In this document: positions 1 through 9,214 of the stretch, in pieces
Layout of the letters: every line of letters begins with the position of its first letter
Numbering within the stretch: the first letter of the stretch is position 1
Assembly: GCA_963665665.1 (NCBI GenBank)
Contig: OY762428.1
Location: 2,432,001-2,496,000 of the forward strand
Length of the DNA: 64,000 bases
Direction: 5' to 3'
DNA from: Candidatus Kapaibacterium sp.
Lineage (GTDB): Bacteria; Bacteroidota; Ignavibacteria; Kapaibacteriales; UBA2268
Made by a program: the position numbers and the translations under genes
The notes under the pieces: model-generated
The model's database searches: none
Told to the model about the DNA's origin: nothing
Seen by the model: the letters and a program-made list of their open reading frames with translations, nothing else

Positions 1-1
1 T

Positions 2-613
2 TTGGATGCTTTTTGGAGTAAAGAGAAAACTACCGAAAAAAAGCCTTATGGACTTGAAAAACGGACAAATTTTATTAGAAAAATTGAAAATAATTTAACT
101 CAAGAAAGTTCTGAAATATGGCTTGTAGGGAGCTCTTATAGTCTCAACATCATAAAATCCGAAAATGAATTAGTTTATTTAAAACTAACAGACAATAATG
201 AGCAAAAAACGCTAATTGAAAGAATAGAAAACCCTCAATTCGAAAAAATCGATTTAAACGTTTACACATACGGAACATTTTGTGGAATCGCAGGAACACC
301 ACCAGATAAATGCCAAGTAATGCTTGAATTAGTCAATGAGAAGAATTACGACCAATTGGCAAATTGGTTAAAATCGATAAATCCTGAAATTGCTACTTAC
401 GGTTATGTTGGACTTGAATTTCTAAAGAAAAAAGGAATTACAATCGAAAGAGTTGAATTAGAAAGAATGACAATATTAAGTGAATCTGAAATACAACTTA
501 ATACTTGTCAAGGTTGCATTTTCGGAGTGACTGAAAAGATAAAAGACGTTTTAAAAAATAAAAATATTAATCAAATTTATCGTTCGTTTCAACAAAGCGG
601 ATGGATAAAATAA
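2..613 (+). CDS. Hypothetical protein (5'-truncated by the window edge), AT-rich, Cys motifs GTFCGIAG / CQGC
   Basis: 203-aa ORF open from the window start, with A-rich coding-like composition distinct from host genes; followed immediately by TAACTACACACAAC. Confidence 0.7.
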   Translation: MDAFWSKEKTTEKKPYGLEKRTNFIRKIENNLTQESSEIWLVGSSYSLNIIKSENELVYLKLTDNNEQKTLIERIENPQFEKIDLNVYTYGTFCGIAGTPPDKCQVMLELVNEKNYDQLANWLKSINPEIATYGYVGLEFLKKKGITIERVELERMTILSESEIQLNTCQGCIFGVTEKIKDVLKNKNINQIYRSFQQSGWIK

Positions 614-705
614 CTACACACAACAATGTATATACAAAATGGACGAGATAGTAGAAAATTCAACGGTTGTAGCCCGCTTCCTTGAGCAGTTCTAAAAGAT
701 TTACC

Positions 706-733
706 AAGCCCCGCTATTTGCGGGGTTTTTTTA
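706..733 (+). terminator. Rho-independent terminator-like hairpin
   Basis: aagccccgc-tattt-gcgggg followed by a T-run. Confidence 0.6.
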
Positions 734-1140
734 TTGAACGATATCGTCTGATAAGCTATTCATAGGCGGATAAAGCCAATAGGGAAAAATCATCATTAAT
801 TTTTAAAAATCAATTGGATAAAGAAAATATTTTATTTATATTTTCGATATGTTTTTTATATTTAAAAGTTGGCGGTCATGCAAGGACAGAGCTATAAGTA
901 TGAAATGCTCCCTATTGCTTAGACAAATAAAAGTATAGTTTATGGTGTTTATTAATCTATACTTCTTCTCTAATAAAATAAGAAAAAAATATGTAATAAT
1001 ATTAATTTTTCTTTTTTTTGCTACTTTTTTTTCTTTTTGTTAACAACCTGGAAATTGTGGATAACTTTCACTCTCCTTTCTATTTCTTTTTTTATCAATT
1101 GCTTACCGGATTACATTTTTTCACTTTTCCAACAAAGTTT

Positions 1141-1986
1141 TCAATTAACGAACCGCTGTTCGTTCATATATTTTTCAGCCGGAATCTGGTATTCAATTCC
1201 TGCGTGCGGCCTCGTGTTGTTATACCAATCGACATAAGCCTTTATACCGCCATAGAGCTCTTTTCCGTCTTCGTAAGACTTCAGATACAGGTCTTCGTAT
1301 TTAAAGCTCCGCCAGAAGCGTTCTATGTAAACATTGTCCAAGGCGCGGCCCTTGCCGTCCATGCTTACCTTAACATCAGCATCCAGAATCGTTTTCACAA
1401 AATCATTGCTCGTGAACTGACTGCCCTGATCCGTGTTTGTTATTTCCGGTTTCCTGGTTTTCAAAGACCTTTTTATTGTATCTATGCAGAACTCCTTCTC
1501 AAGGTTATTCGATAATTCCCAGTCGACGATATACCTGCTATAAACATCTATAATTGCTATAAGATACATAAATCCTTTACGCATCGGAATATATGTTATA
1601 TCCAGGCTCCAAACCTGATCCGGACGACTTATTTTCATATCCCTCAACAGGTATGGATAAATTTTGTGCTCCTTGTTCGGTTTGCTCGTGTCCGGTTGGG
1701 GATATATTGCCCGAAGTCCCAATAATTTCATTAATCGCCTGATTCGTTTATAGTTAACATGGTATCCCAAAGAACGTAAGTGTGCTGTCATTTTTCTGGC
1801 TCCATAAAATGGAGTAATCGCGAATTGTTCTTTGATCAGCTTCATATATAGAATATTTGCTTCACTTTCACCCTTGGGTTTGTAATAATAACAGCTCCTG
1901 CTAATACCCAAAAGCTCGCACTGCCGGCTTATGCTAATTTCTTTATTATCAGCATCTACCATCTTCCTGCGTTCTTCTTTACTCAC
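1141..1986 (-). CDS. IS3-family transposase OrfB (DDE/rve integrase core)
   Basis: SISRQCELLGISRS, WSLDITYI, TDQGSQFTS, DNVYIERFWRSFKYE motifs. Confidence 0.95.
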   Translation of the reverse strand: MSKEERRKMVDADNKEISISRQCELLGISRSCYYYKPKGESEANILYMKLIKEQFAITPFYGARKMTAHLRSLGYHVNYKRIRRLMKLLGLRAIYPQPDTSKPNKEHKIYPYLLRDMKISRPDQVWSLDITYIPMRKGFMYLIAIIDVYSRYIVDWELSNNLEKEFCIDTIKRSLKTRKPEITNTDQGSQFTSNDFVKTILDADVKVSMDGKGRALDNVYIERFWRSFKYEDLYLKSYEDGKELYGGIKAYVDWYNNTRPHAGIEYQIPAEKYMNEQRFVN

Positions 1987-2266
1987 GGCCCAATTTTTTT
2001 TTTAACCAGTCTAATTCAATTTTTAGCCGGCCTATTTCTTCATATAATACTGATTCGTCTTTTTCTTTTTTATTCTTCCCTGGCCCACGCTTGTTTTCAA
2101 ATACTTCCTTTTCACTTTCTTTTAAATGCTTTTTCCACATGCTTATCTGGTTTGGATGAACCCCGTACTCCGATGCCAGCTCGGTTATTGTTTTTCTCTC
2201 TTGGACTGCCTCCAGGGCTACCTGCATTTTGAATTTTGAACTGTAATTTCTTCGTTTGTTTGCCAT
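1979..2266 (-). CDS. IS3-family transposase OrfA (HTH)
   Basis: RRNYSSKFKMQVALEA...ELASEYGVHPNQISMWKK; A10 slippery run at 1994-2003 next to the orfB overlap, consistent with -1 frameshifting. Confidence 0.95.
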   Translation of the reverse strand: MANKRRNYSSKFKMQVALEAVQERKTITELASEYGVHPNQISMWKKHLKESEKEVFENKRGPGKNKKEKDESVLYEEIGRLKIELDWLKKKLGRE

Positions 2267-2352
2267 TTGATGCTCCTTTTGATTTTTTGCAAGTTAAGAT
2301 TATTTCACCTTAAATCGCTGTTTTTTTTAAAGGAAGCCGTTCATATAAAATC

Positions 2353-2620
2353 AATCAAAAAACAACCACCCCTTTAATCCCCTCCAGTGGAGGGGAATGC
2401 TAATTATAAGGTATATAGGGAGATAAGCTCTTCCGGCGGAGGGGTGGCCGAAGGCCGGGGTGGCGTTTGTCCTCCTTCAAAAGCCCTGCTTAGGAAGGCA
2501 ACCACCACAAAGCATAATTGATACTGCATATCTAAGCAGGGGCTTAGATACGAGGAAGAAAATTATTATAGAATCAAAAACAACCACCCCTTTAATCCCC
2601 TCCAATGGAGGGGAATGCTA
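2353..2620. repeat. REP-like CCCCTCC/GGAGGGG hairpin cluster with a ~48-bp direct repeat
   Basis: aatcaaaaacaaccacccctttaatcccctccarTggaggggaatgcta at ~2353 and ~2572; an inverse copy at ~15340. Confidence 0.75.
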
Positions 2621-2783
2621 TTTGCATGATATGAATGAAGACCCGGAGTTGAGGAACAGGGGATTAAAATCAACTTTGGGTTAAATCTGATTACAATTCT
2701 TAATCAGTTAATAATTTACTGGCTTTAAATTTGCATTTTTCTTATCTTCAAAATTGTTAGTGTAGCAAATAAAAGAATTAAAG

Positions 2784-4061
2784 ATGGAAAAATCAGATAT
2801 ATTGGCAAGTGCAAAGGCTTTTGTAAAAACTATTTTTACAGAAAATATTCCGGGGGAATATCTTTATCACAATTACGACCATACAAAAAGAGTTGTCAGG
2901 AATACCGCAAAAATTGCCGAAGGCTCGGGGCTAAGCGAAAAAGAGACTGAAATTGCCCTGCTTGCTGCATATTTCCACGATTCAGGATTTTCTGTCAGGT
3001 ATAAGGATAACGAGAAAGACGGAGCTGAAATTGCTGAAACATTTCTTAAAAAATCGGGATACCCCGATGAAAAGATCGCTTTGGTAAAAGAAGCCGTGCT
3101 TGCTACGGCGATGCCGCAGAATCCCAAAAATAAAATATCCATGGTGCTTTGCGATGCTGACCTTGCAAATCTGGGAAAGAAATACTTTTTTGAAGTAAAC
3201 GAGCTTATTCGATTGGAGTATGGATTTGTTAAGGGTAAGGATGTTGACAGGGAAGAATGGTGCAGACAAACATTGAAACTGATGGAAACTCACCGCTATC
3301 ATACTGATTTTGCTAATGAAACACTCGGCCCGAGAAAATTGAAAAACCATAAGAAACTTAAGGAAAGGCTTGCCGGAGGTGATGTGAACAATATCGATCC
3401 AATTAAAGAGATGCAGAAAAAAAAGGATAAGAAAAAAAATAAAGAAAAAAAACCGGGTGTTTTTACTCCGCCGGTAACGAAATCAAAAGAAGATCTTGTA
3501 CAGGAATTCCTGAACAAACCACCCAGCAGGGGAATTGAAACAATGTTCCGTAATAACCTGCGGGGGCATTTGGAACTTAGCGGGCTTGCGGACAACAAAG
3601 CCAATATAATGCTCAGTATCAATGCTGTTGTGCTTTCAATTATTGTTTCGGTAATGATTCCTGAAGTAACCCGCACGCCGGTACTGGGGCTTCCGACCCT
3701 TATACTTGTGCTAACATGTGTTACTACGATTGTTTTTGCCACCATTTCCACCCGCCCCAAAGTAACCAGCGGAACATTCAAAAAGGAAGACATCAGGAAT
3801 AAAACAGCCAACCTGTTGTTTTTCGGGAATTTCCATAATATGAATATCGATGATTTTCAGTGGGGTATGACAGAAATGATGAAGGATAAGGAATTTCTTT
3901 ATGGCTCCATGATCCGTGATTTTTATTATCTCGGGCTTGTGCTGAACAAGAAATACAGGTATCTGAGATTTACTTACTCGATATTTATGTTCGGAATAGT
4001 GATCTCTGCTATTGCCTATATTATTACATTTGTATTTATGCACAGCCAAAACCCTTTGTAA
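2784..4061 (+). CDS. HD-domain phosphohydrolase fused to a Pycsar-effector-like (DUF5706/PycTM) membrane domain
   Basis: YHNYDHT...AAYFHDSG...DADL HD signature; C-terminal RGIETMFR...ADNKANIMLSINA, LLFFGNF, LGLVLNKKYRYLR with 3 TM segments. Confidence 0.8.
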   Translation: MEKSDILASAKAFVKTIFTENIPGEYLYHNYDHTKRVVRNTAKIAEGSGLSEKETEIALLAAYFHDSGFSVRYKDNEKDGAEIAETFLKKSGYPDEKIALVKEAVLATAMPQNPKNKISMVLCDADLANLGKKYFFEVNELIRLEYGFVKGKDVDREEWCRQTLKLMETHRYHTDFANETLGPRKLKNHKKLKERLAGGDVNNIDPIKEMQKKKDKKKNKEKKPGVFTPPVTKSKEDLVQEFLNKPPSRGIETMFRNNLRGHLELSGLADNKANIMLSINAVVLSIIVSVMIPEVTRTPVLGLPTLILVLTCVTTIVFATISTRPKVTSGTFKKEDIRNKTANLLFFGNFHNMNIDDFQWGMTEMMKDKEFLYGSMIRDFYYLGLVLNKKYRYLRFTYSIFMFGIVISAIAYIITFVFMHSQNPL

Positions 4062-4066
4062 TTCAA

Positions 4067-4744
4067 ATGCATTGCTCTATGAAATTAAAAACAGAAAAAT
4101 TCAGGATATCAGAGATATTCCACTCCATTCAGGGAGAAGGTATCAAAGCAGGACTTCCCTGCGTGTTTGTCCGCCTTCAGGGTTGCAATATGAATTGCAG
4201 CTGGTGCGATACAAAACATGCAATCCCCCCGAAAAAAGGGATCGGAATGTCCCGGGAACAAATTATTTGCGAAGTGGAAAAGTATGAATGCAATTTTATC
4301 GAGTTTACCGGTGGTGAACCCTTATATCAGCCAAATATCCACTGTCTGATGAAATATTTTTGTGATAATGGTTATGATGTTTCGATTGAAACTAACGGGC
4401 ATTATGATATTTCAGCAATTGATGCACGTATCAATATAATTATGGATATAAAATGCCCCGGTTCCAAAATGATTCATAAAAATAATTATAAAAACATTGA
4501 ATTTCTGAAGCCAAAGGACGAGGTGAAATTCGTTATTGCCAGCGATGAGGATTTTGATTTTGCAATTGATTTGGTAAATAAACACCATATTTGCAATAAA
4601 ACACCAAATATTGTTTTTTCTCCGGCTTTTGGCTCTATGCCTGCGGAAAGACTTGCAAACCTTGTACTTAGTTCTGGCTTGCCTGTGCGAATGCAGCTTC
4701 AGATGCATAAGTTTATCTGGCATCCGGACAAACGCGGAGTATAA
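4067..4744 (+). CDS. queE: 7-carboxy-7-deazaguanine synthase (radical SAM)
   Basis: ISEIFHSIQGEG, CNMNCSWCDT, TGGEPL, IETNG, QLQMHKFIW. Confidence 0.9.
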   Translation: MHCSMKLKTEKFRISEIFHSIQGEGIKAGLPCVFVRLQGCNMNCSWCDTKHAIPPKKGIGMSREQIICEVEKYECNFIEFTGGEPLYQPNIHCLMKYFCDNGYDVSIETNGHYDISAIDARINIIMDIKCPGSKMIHKNNYKNIEFLKPKDEVKFVIASDEDFDFAIDLVNKHHICNKTPNIVFSPAFGSMPAERLANLVLSSGLPVRMQLQMHKFIWHPDKRGV

Positions 4745-4823
4745 TAATTTGTAACCATTCTTTTTTACAGGTGTAATATCAGCAGAAGCATATTTCTTAT
4801 TATCACAAGTAAAGGAGGGCACT

Positions 4824-6434
4824 ATGTCTGCGAAAATTAATATATTAACAATTGTTTTAATATTCAGCCTGTCAGCAAATATTGTTTATTCTGTGGACTT
4901 TGAAGAAGAAACCGAAAACAGAGCCGGTAATTATGATCTGCAAACAAACAATCTTGGAATGGTATTCAAATCAGCATCATTCCTTAGTTCAGTGTATTGG
5001 CCAAAGGATTCTGATAACGGCTATATCTACGGAACAGGGTATTGGTTTGGAGCTCAAAAATGGAATGATCAGGATCAGGAAATGAAAAAACTTTGCTTCT
5101 TAACTTATGACCCCCGGAACGGAATGTCCTGGGCAATACCCGGCTATTATTCTTATGATGCCACAGATACCATCGGCCCGGATTTTGATACTGACCTTTA
5201 TGGCATTTACAGTTCAATGGATTATAATGAAAATGGCACACCGGCAGGAGATGAAAAATATAACTGGCCATGGCTGGCCCCCTATCCCACACCTGAGTAT
5301 AATATGGGGGACTATATTGCCAACCCGGATAACCGGCAGAATAATTCCTCCCGAAGGGCATTGGTGGTTTCTGACGAGGATATATCTACTGTTTTCAAGG
5401 ATAGCGACCTGTCCCGTTATTACAATGATGGAGAAAACTTAGAAGCAAAAGGCTATCCGCTGGGAATACAGTTTGAACAGAGAATATTGAACTGGGATAA
5501 CGGGTATATGAAAGATTGTATCATAATTATGATATCGTATAAGAATATCTCGGCTGATACTTTGTATAACTGCTTTATGTCCCCGGTATTTGATTTTGAT
5601 ATTGGAGGCCCGGCCAATGACCGGTTGAGATATTATGACAGCGATCCGAGTATTGAAACTGTTGCATCATGGTCCAACAGCGATATGGGTGATGCAGGAA
5701 AAGGATTCGGGTACATGGGTATCAGCCAGCTGTTGTCTCCTAAAGTAATAAAAGTATATGACGGCAGTGTAGAAATTGAAACTGACAGTACTGATTTTAT
5801 CAGGCAGGATGTATTGCCATATTCCCCGAAGAATAATATTGGGCTGGGAGCAGTCAGAAATTGGTCGATTGCAGAGGATTTCAATGATGACATGTCCCGC
5901 TATAATTTTATCTCATCCGGCCTGGCAGACGGAGATAACGGCCCCGGTGATAAAAGAACGATCCTTTCAACAGGCCCATTCCACATGCGGCCCGGTGATG
6001 AAGCTGTTTGCGCTTATATGGTAAGCTTTGCACTTCCTTCAAACGGGGAAGAAGCTGACGGCAGTGATGCAGATATGAACGGTTTGATTGACCTGATCAA
6101 GAAAGCACGGCTGTTCTTCTATCAGGATGTGCTTACTTCTGTTGAGAACGAGGGCAAAGCTCCGGAAGGAAAAGGGCTTGTGTTATATGATCCGTCACCC
6201 AATCCGGCAGATATTCAATCAGAATTTTACTTCAGAGTTTATGATTCCGGAAGTGTTGATTTTTCTGTTTGGGATTTAAACGGAAACAGGGTAATGGATA
6301 TCGGCTCTGCGGTTTATGGGGAAGGAGTGGCTTCAAAAGTGGTTAATACTTCAACTCTTGCACCAGGTACTTACTTTATTATGGGCAAAACCAAGAATGA
6401 TATATCAACGCTAAAACTAACAGTAGTAAGATAA
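4824..6434 (+). CDS. Secreted protein with T9SS type A C-terminal sorting domain
   Basis: Signal peptide; C-terminus PSPNPA...VWDLNGNRV...LAPGTYFI...KLTVVR; SD aaggagg upstream. Confidence 0.8.
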   Translation: MSAKINILTIVLIFSLSANIVYSVDFEEETENRAGNYDLQTNNLGMVFKSASFLSSVYWPKDSDNGYIYGTGYWFGAQKWNDQDQEMKKLCFLTYDPRNGMSWAIPGYYSYDATDTIGPDFDTDLYGIYSSMDYNENGTPAGDEKYNWPWLAPYPTPEYNMGDYIANPDNRQNNSSRRALVVSDEDISTVFKDSDLSRYYNDGENLEAKGYPLGIQFEQRILNWDNGYMKDCIIIMISYKNISADTLYNCFMSPVFDFDIGGPANDRLRYYDSDPSIETVASWSNSDMGDAGKGFGYMGISQLLSPKVIKVYDGSVEIETDSTDFIRQDVLPYSPKNNIGLGAVRNWSIAEDFNDDMSRYNFISSGLADGDNGPGDKRTILSTGPFHMRPGDEAVCAYMVSFALPSNGEEADGSDADMNGLIDLIKKARLFFYQDVLTSVENEGKAPEGKGLVLYDPSPNPADIQSEFYFRVYDSGSVDFSVWDLNGNRVMDIGSAVYGEGVASKVVNTSTLAPGTYFIMGKTKNDISTLKLTVVR

Positions 6435-6462
6435 TTTCAAATACAATTATATGTAAAATTTG

Positions 6463-6492
6463 AAAAGCTCTTCCGGAACCGGAAGAGCTTTT
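6463..6492. terminator. Bidirectional terminator
   Basis: aaaagctcttccgg-aa-ccggaagagctttt between convergent genes. Confidence 0.75.
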
Positions 6493-6582
6493 TATGTATA
6501 TATCGCATTTTCTCTGTCAAAACAATTTCTTGTAAACACACTCAGTGTGAAACCATGCCTAAAGAGAAGGGCTCAGCATTGT

Positions 6583-7857
6583 CTATTCTGCATCCCTTTT
6601 GATAACCACGAGTGTTTTGTCATCAGTAAAAGGGGAATTTGCAGTAAACTTCTGCACAGCATCAATAATATGATATGCAATTTTCTTCGGTGTTTCTTTA
6701 TAATGCTTCCTTATTAATTCCTGCAGCCTGTCTTCTCCGAACATTTCACCTTCATTATTATGTCCTTCAGTTATTCCGTCCGAGAAAAGCACGAGAATAT
6801 CGCCAGGCAGCATCCTGGTATTTTCCACACCGAATTTTTGCTTGCGGACAAGCCCGAGTAAACCACCTGTACTTTCAAGCAGCCTGATCCTGTCTTCGGA
6901 CGGGCGGTAGTGTATTGGTTCGCAGTGCCCGGCATTGGCATAAAGAACCAGGCGGTTTGAAGAAGTGGTTAATTCGCAATAGACCATTGTAACAAAGCGT
7001 TCGTAAGGAAAAGTATCGAATATCAATGTGTTCAGCGAAGATATCAGGTGTGCTATTCTTGTCGAGAATCTTTTACCCATACGGATAGCACCGGATACGA
7101 ACAGTGCCTGGATTGCTGCCGGAAGTCCTTTGCTTGCAGCATCGCTGACTACTATACTGAGCCGTTCATCTTCGTCATTTTCTTTTTCAGGCAGGAAATA
7201 ATCAAAGTAATCGCCTCCTACTTCTTTATCCGGAATACAAGCGCCGAAAATTTTATAATCTTTGAATTCAATATAATGTTTCGGCAGAAGATTCCTTTGG
7301 ATTTCAGCGGCCTGGACTAAATCCTGGTTAAGCTTTTCTTCTCTTTCTTTAGCCTGGATGTTTCTAATTGCAATTGTGGCTACAGAGGAAATAACCGTAA
7401 GGGTTTCATAGAAAGACTGAAGAATCTGCGGAGCGTTAAATCCCAGGGCATATTTATAATAAATGTCTTTACCAACTTTTATCAGGTCGCCGACAGCTGT
7501 AACTGAATATACGTTAATACCTTTTTCTTTCAGAAGCTGATCTGTTTCCTTATTCAGGAAAGTTCTTTCCTTGGCAAGCTTTTTGAAAATTTCTTTCTGA
7601 TCGTCAATATTCAGATAATAATCTTCAGGGATTTCTCGAACTTCACCGTATTGGAATTTAAGTTCGTATCTTCGTTTATCCGGATTCAGTTCCCAAATTC
7701 TGCCGCCGTTAATCTCAAATTCCGGGTTATTTACCGTATCCTGTATTAGTGCCGTGAGAAGTGATATCTCATTATCGAATTCACCGGATACAATGCTCCC
7801 GACTAATTTGTATGTGTCTCTCTGGCTGGTAGAGCCTGTAATATTTTGGTCATTCAT
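6583..7857 (-). CDS. PP2C/SpoIIE (RsbU-like) Ser/Thr phosphatase with GAF-like N-terminus
   Basis: AAEIQRNLLP, VGGDYFD, DAASKGLPAA, NAGH, FSDGITE, DDKTLVVIK. Confidence 0.9.
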   Translation of the reverse strand: MNDQNITGSTSQRDTYKLVGSIVSGEFDNEISLLTALIQDTVNNPEFEINGGRIWELNPDKRRYELKFQYGEVREIPEDYYLNIDDQKEIFKKLAKERTFLNKETDQLLKEKGINVYSVTAVGDLIKVGKDIYYKYALGFNAPQILQSFYETLTVISSVATIAIRNIQAKEREEKLNQDLVQAAEIQRNLLPKHYIEFKDYKIFGACIPDKEVGGDYFDYFLPEKENDEDERLSIVVSDAASKGLPAAIQALFVSGAIRMGKRFSTRIAHLISSLNTLIFDTFPYERFVTMVYCELTTSSNRLVLYANAGHCEPIHYRPSEDRIRLLESTGGLLGLVRKQKFGVENTRMLPGDILVLFSDGITEGHNNEGEMFGEDRLQELIRKHYKETPKKIAYHIIDAVQKFTANSPFTDDKTLVVIKRDAE

Positions 7858-7874
7858 ATTATTAATACCGATAA

Positions 7875-8768
7875 TTATTTAATCAACCCGACATTCTTCA
7901 TTTCATATTCAATAAGTTTTTTATTGCCCTCTGTCAGAGGAACAAGCGGAAGCCTTACCTGCTCTTCAATCATTCCCATGATATTAAGGATAGCTTTTAC
8001 GGGTACGGGATTCGATTCTACAAAGTTCAGTTTCATCATTTCGAACAGCTGTTTCTGAATTTCCCTTGCCTTGTCAAATTTACCCTTCAAAGCAAATCTT
8101 ACCAGGTCGCCGTATTGTTTTGGAGCATAATTGGATATTACTGATATTACTCCTGAACCTCCGGAAGCTATGATTGGCAGTGTCAAAGCGTCATCACCCG
8201 AGTACAGCATGAACCCCTCCGGCGCATTATGAACTATTACCATCATCTGCTCCAGGTTGCCCGAGGCTTCTTTGCTAGCAACTATATTGGGGCAATCCTC
8301 TGCCAGCTTCAGTTGTGTTTCCGGCTGGATATTCATCGCTGTTCTGCCGGGAACATTATAAATTATCTGTGGTATGTCAACTGCATCGGCGATAGTTTTA
8401 TAATGATAATATAATCCTTCCTGTGTTGGCTTGTTGTAATACGGGCCCACCAGCAGAATTGCATCGGCTCCGTGTTCTTTTGCAACAAGTGAAAGATCGA
8501 TGGAGGCCTGGGTGGAGTTCGATCCCGTTCCGGCAATGATAGGTACTCTGCCTGCAGAATATTCAACAGCCTGAATAATAAGAGACAGTTTTTCCTTAAC
8601 TGTAAGGGTAGCGCTCTCTCCTGTTGAACCGCAAACAATTATGGCTTCAACTTTATTTTTAATTTGAAATTCAAGTAATTTTTTGAATGCATTATAATCA
8701 ATTGTCCCATCCTTGTGGAATGGTGTGACTATTGCAGTTCCGGTACCTTTAAATATTTGATTTTTCAT
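7875..8768 (-). CDS. dapA: 4-hydroxy-tetrahydrodipicolinate synthase
   Basis: GSTGESATL, YNVPGRT, ASKEASG, SGDD, ESNPVPVK. Confidence 0.95.
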   Translation of the reverse strand: MKNQIFKGTGTAIVTPFHKDGTIDYNAFKKLLEFQIKNKVEAIIVCGSTGESATLTVKEKLSLIIQAVEYSAGRVPIIAGTGSNSTQASIDLSLVAKEHGADAILLVGPYYNKPTQEGLYYHYKTIADAVDIPQIIYNVPGRTAMNIQPETQLKLAEDCPNIVASKEASGNLEQMMVIVHNAPEGFMLYSGDDALTLPIIASGGSGVISVISNYAPKQYGDLVRFALKGKFDKAREIQKQLFEMMKLNFVESNPVPVKAILNIMGMIEEQVRLPLVPLTEGNKKLIEYEMKNVGLIK

Positions 8769-9008
8769 AATATATCCTGATAATTTATCATAAATTTTAT
8801 TTGTTCAGTTTCGTCATGAATATTAATAAAATTTCACTTTGACTTTTTTCTAAGCTAAATTATAATTGCAAGTTATGTGTTTTGATCCTAAATGAAAAGA
8901 AATAAATCCAAAAATCTTTGATTCTGTTGAAAAAAACAGGAAATTAATTTATTTTAATTCCCTCTGATCAAGCTTCGGGCTCCAATTCTCTGCTTTCAAA
9001 AAGTCAAG

Positions 9009-9024
9009 TGGCACGGTAATTGAA
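9009..9024 (+). promoter_or_regulatory. Sigma-54-like -24/-12 promoter
   Basis: TGGCACG-GTAA-TTGA with correct GG-N10 spacing (GA instead of GC at -12), ~190 bp upstream of the 2037-aa gene. Confidence 0.5.
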
Positions 9025-9214
9025 AAAATCAGCTTTGAGGACTGGCTAAAGTGCCGGTGCGAAGCTGACGAAAATAGAAAAAAACAGGTTCGTCGATCGC
9101 GTAAGTTCCTCGGATTACTGCGAAAATCCAATATCCCGGGGGGGATGTTGCAGCCATCGCGGGCGGCGGGCTGTTATATGAAAAGTAGAATATTGAAACA
9201 CCACGGGGCTATAT

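Larger units (their letters stand above)
901..2321 (-). mobile_element. IS3-family insertion sequence; the end upstream of orfA appears truncated
   Basis: orfA/orfB pair; right end starts TGAAATGCTCCCTATTGCTTAGACA at 901; at the other end only the inner part (cacct taaatcgctgt) is present. Confidence 0.8.

Noticed and set aside
1018-1515. 165-aa plus-strand ORF
   Set aside because: Antisense shadow of the IS3 orfB
2460-2684. Short ORFs over REP clusters (also 32387, 33673, 36448, 50895)
   Set aside because: Translations of palindromic repeats with no protein-like features
2784-4061. Complete Pycsar defence system
   Set aside because: No pyrimidine cyclase gene adjacent
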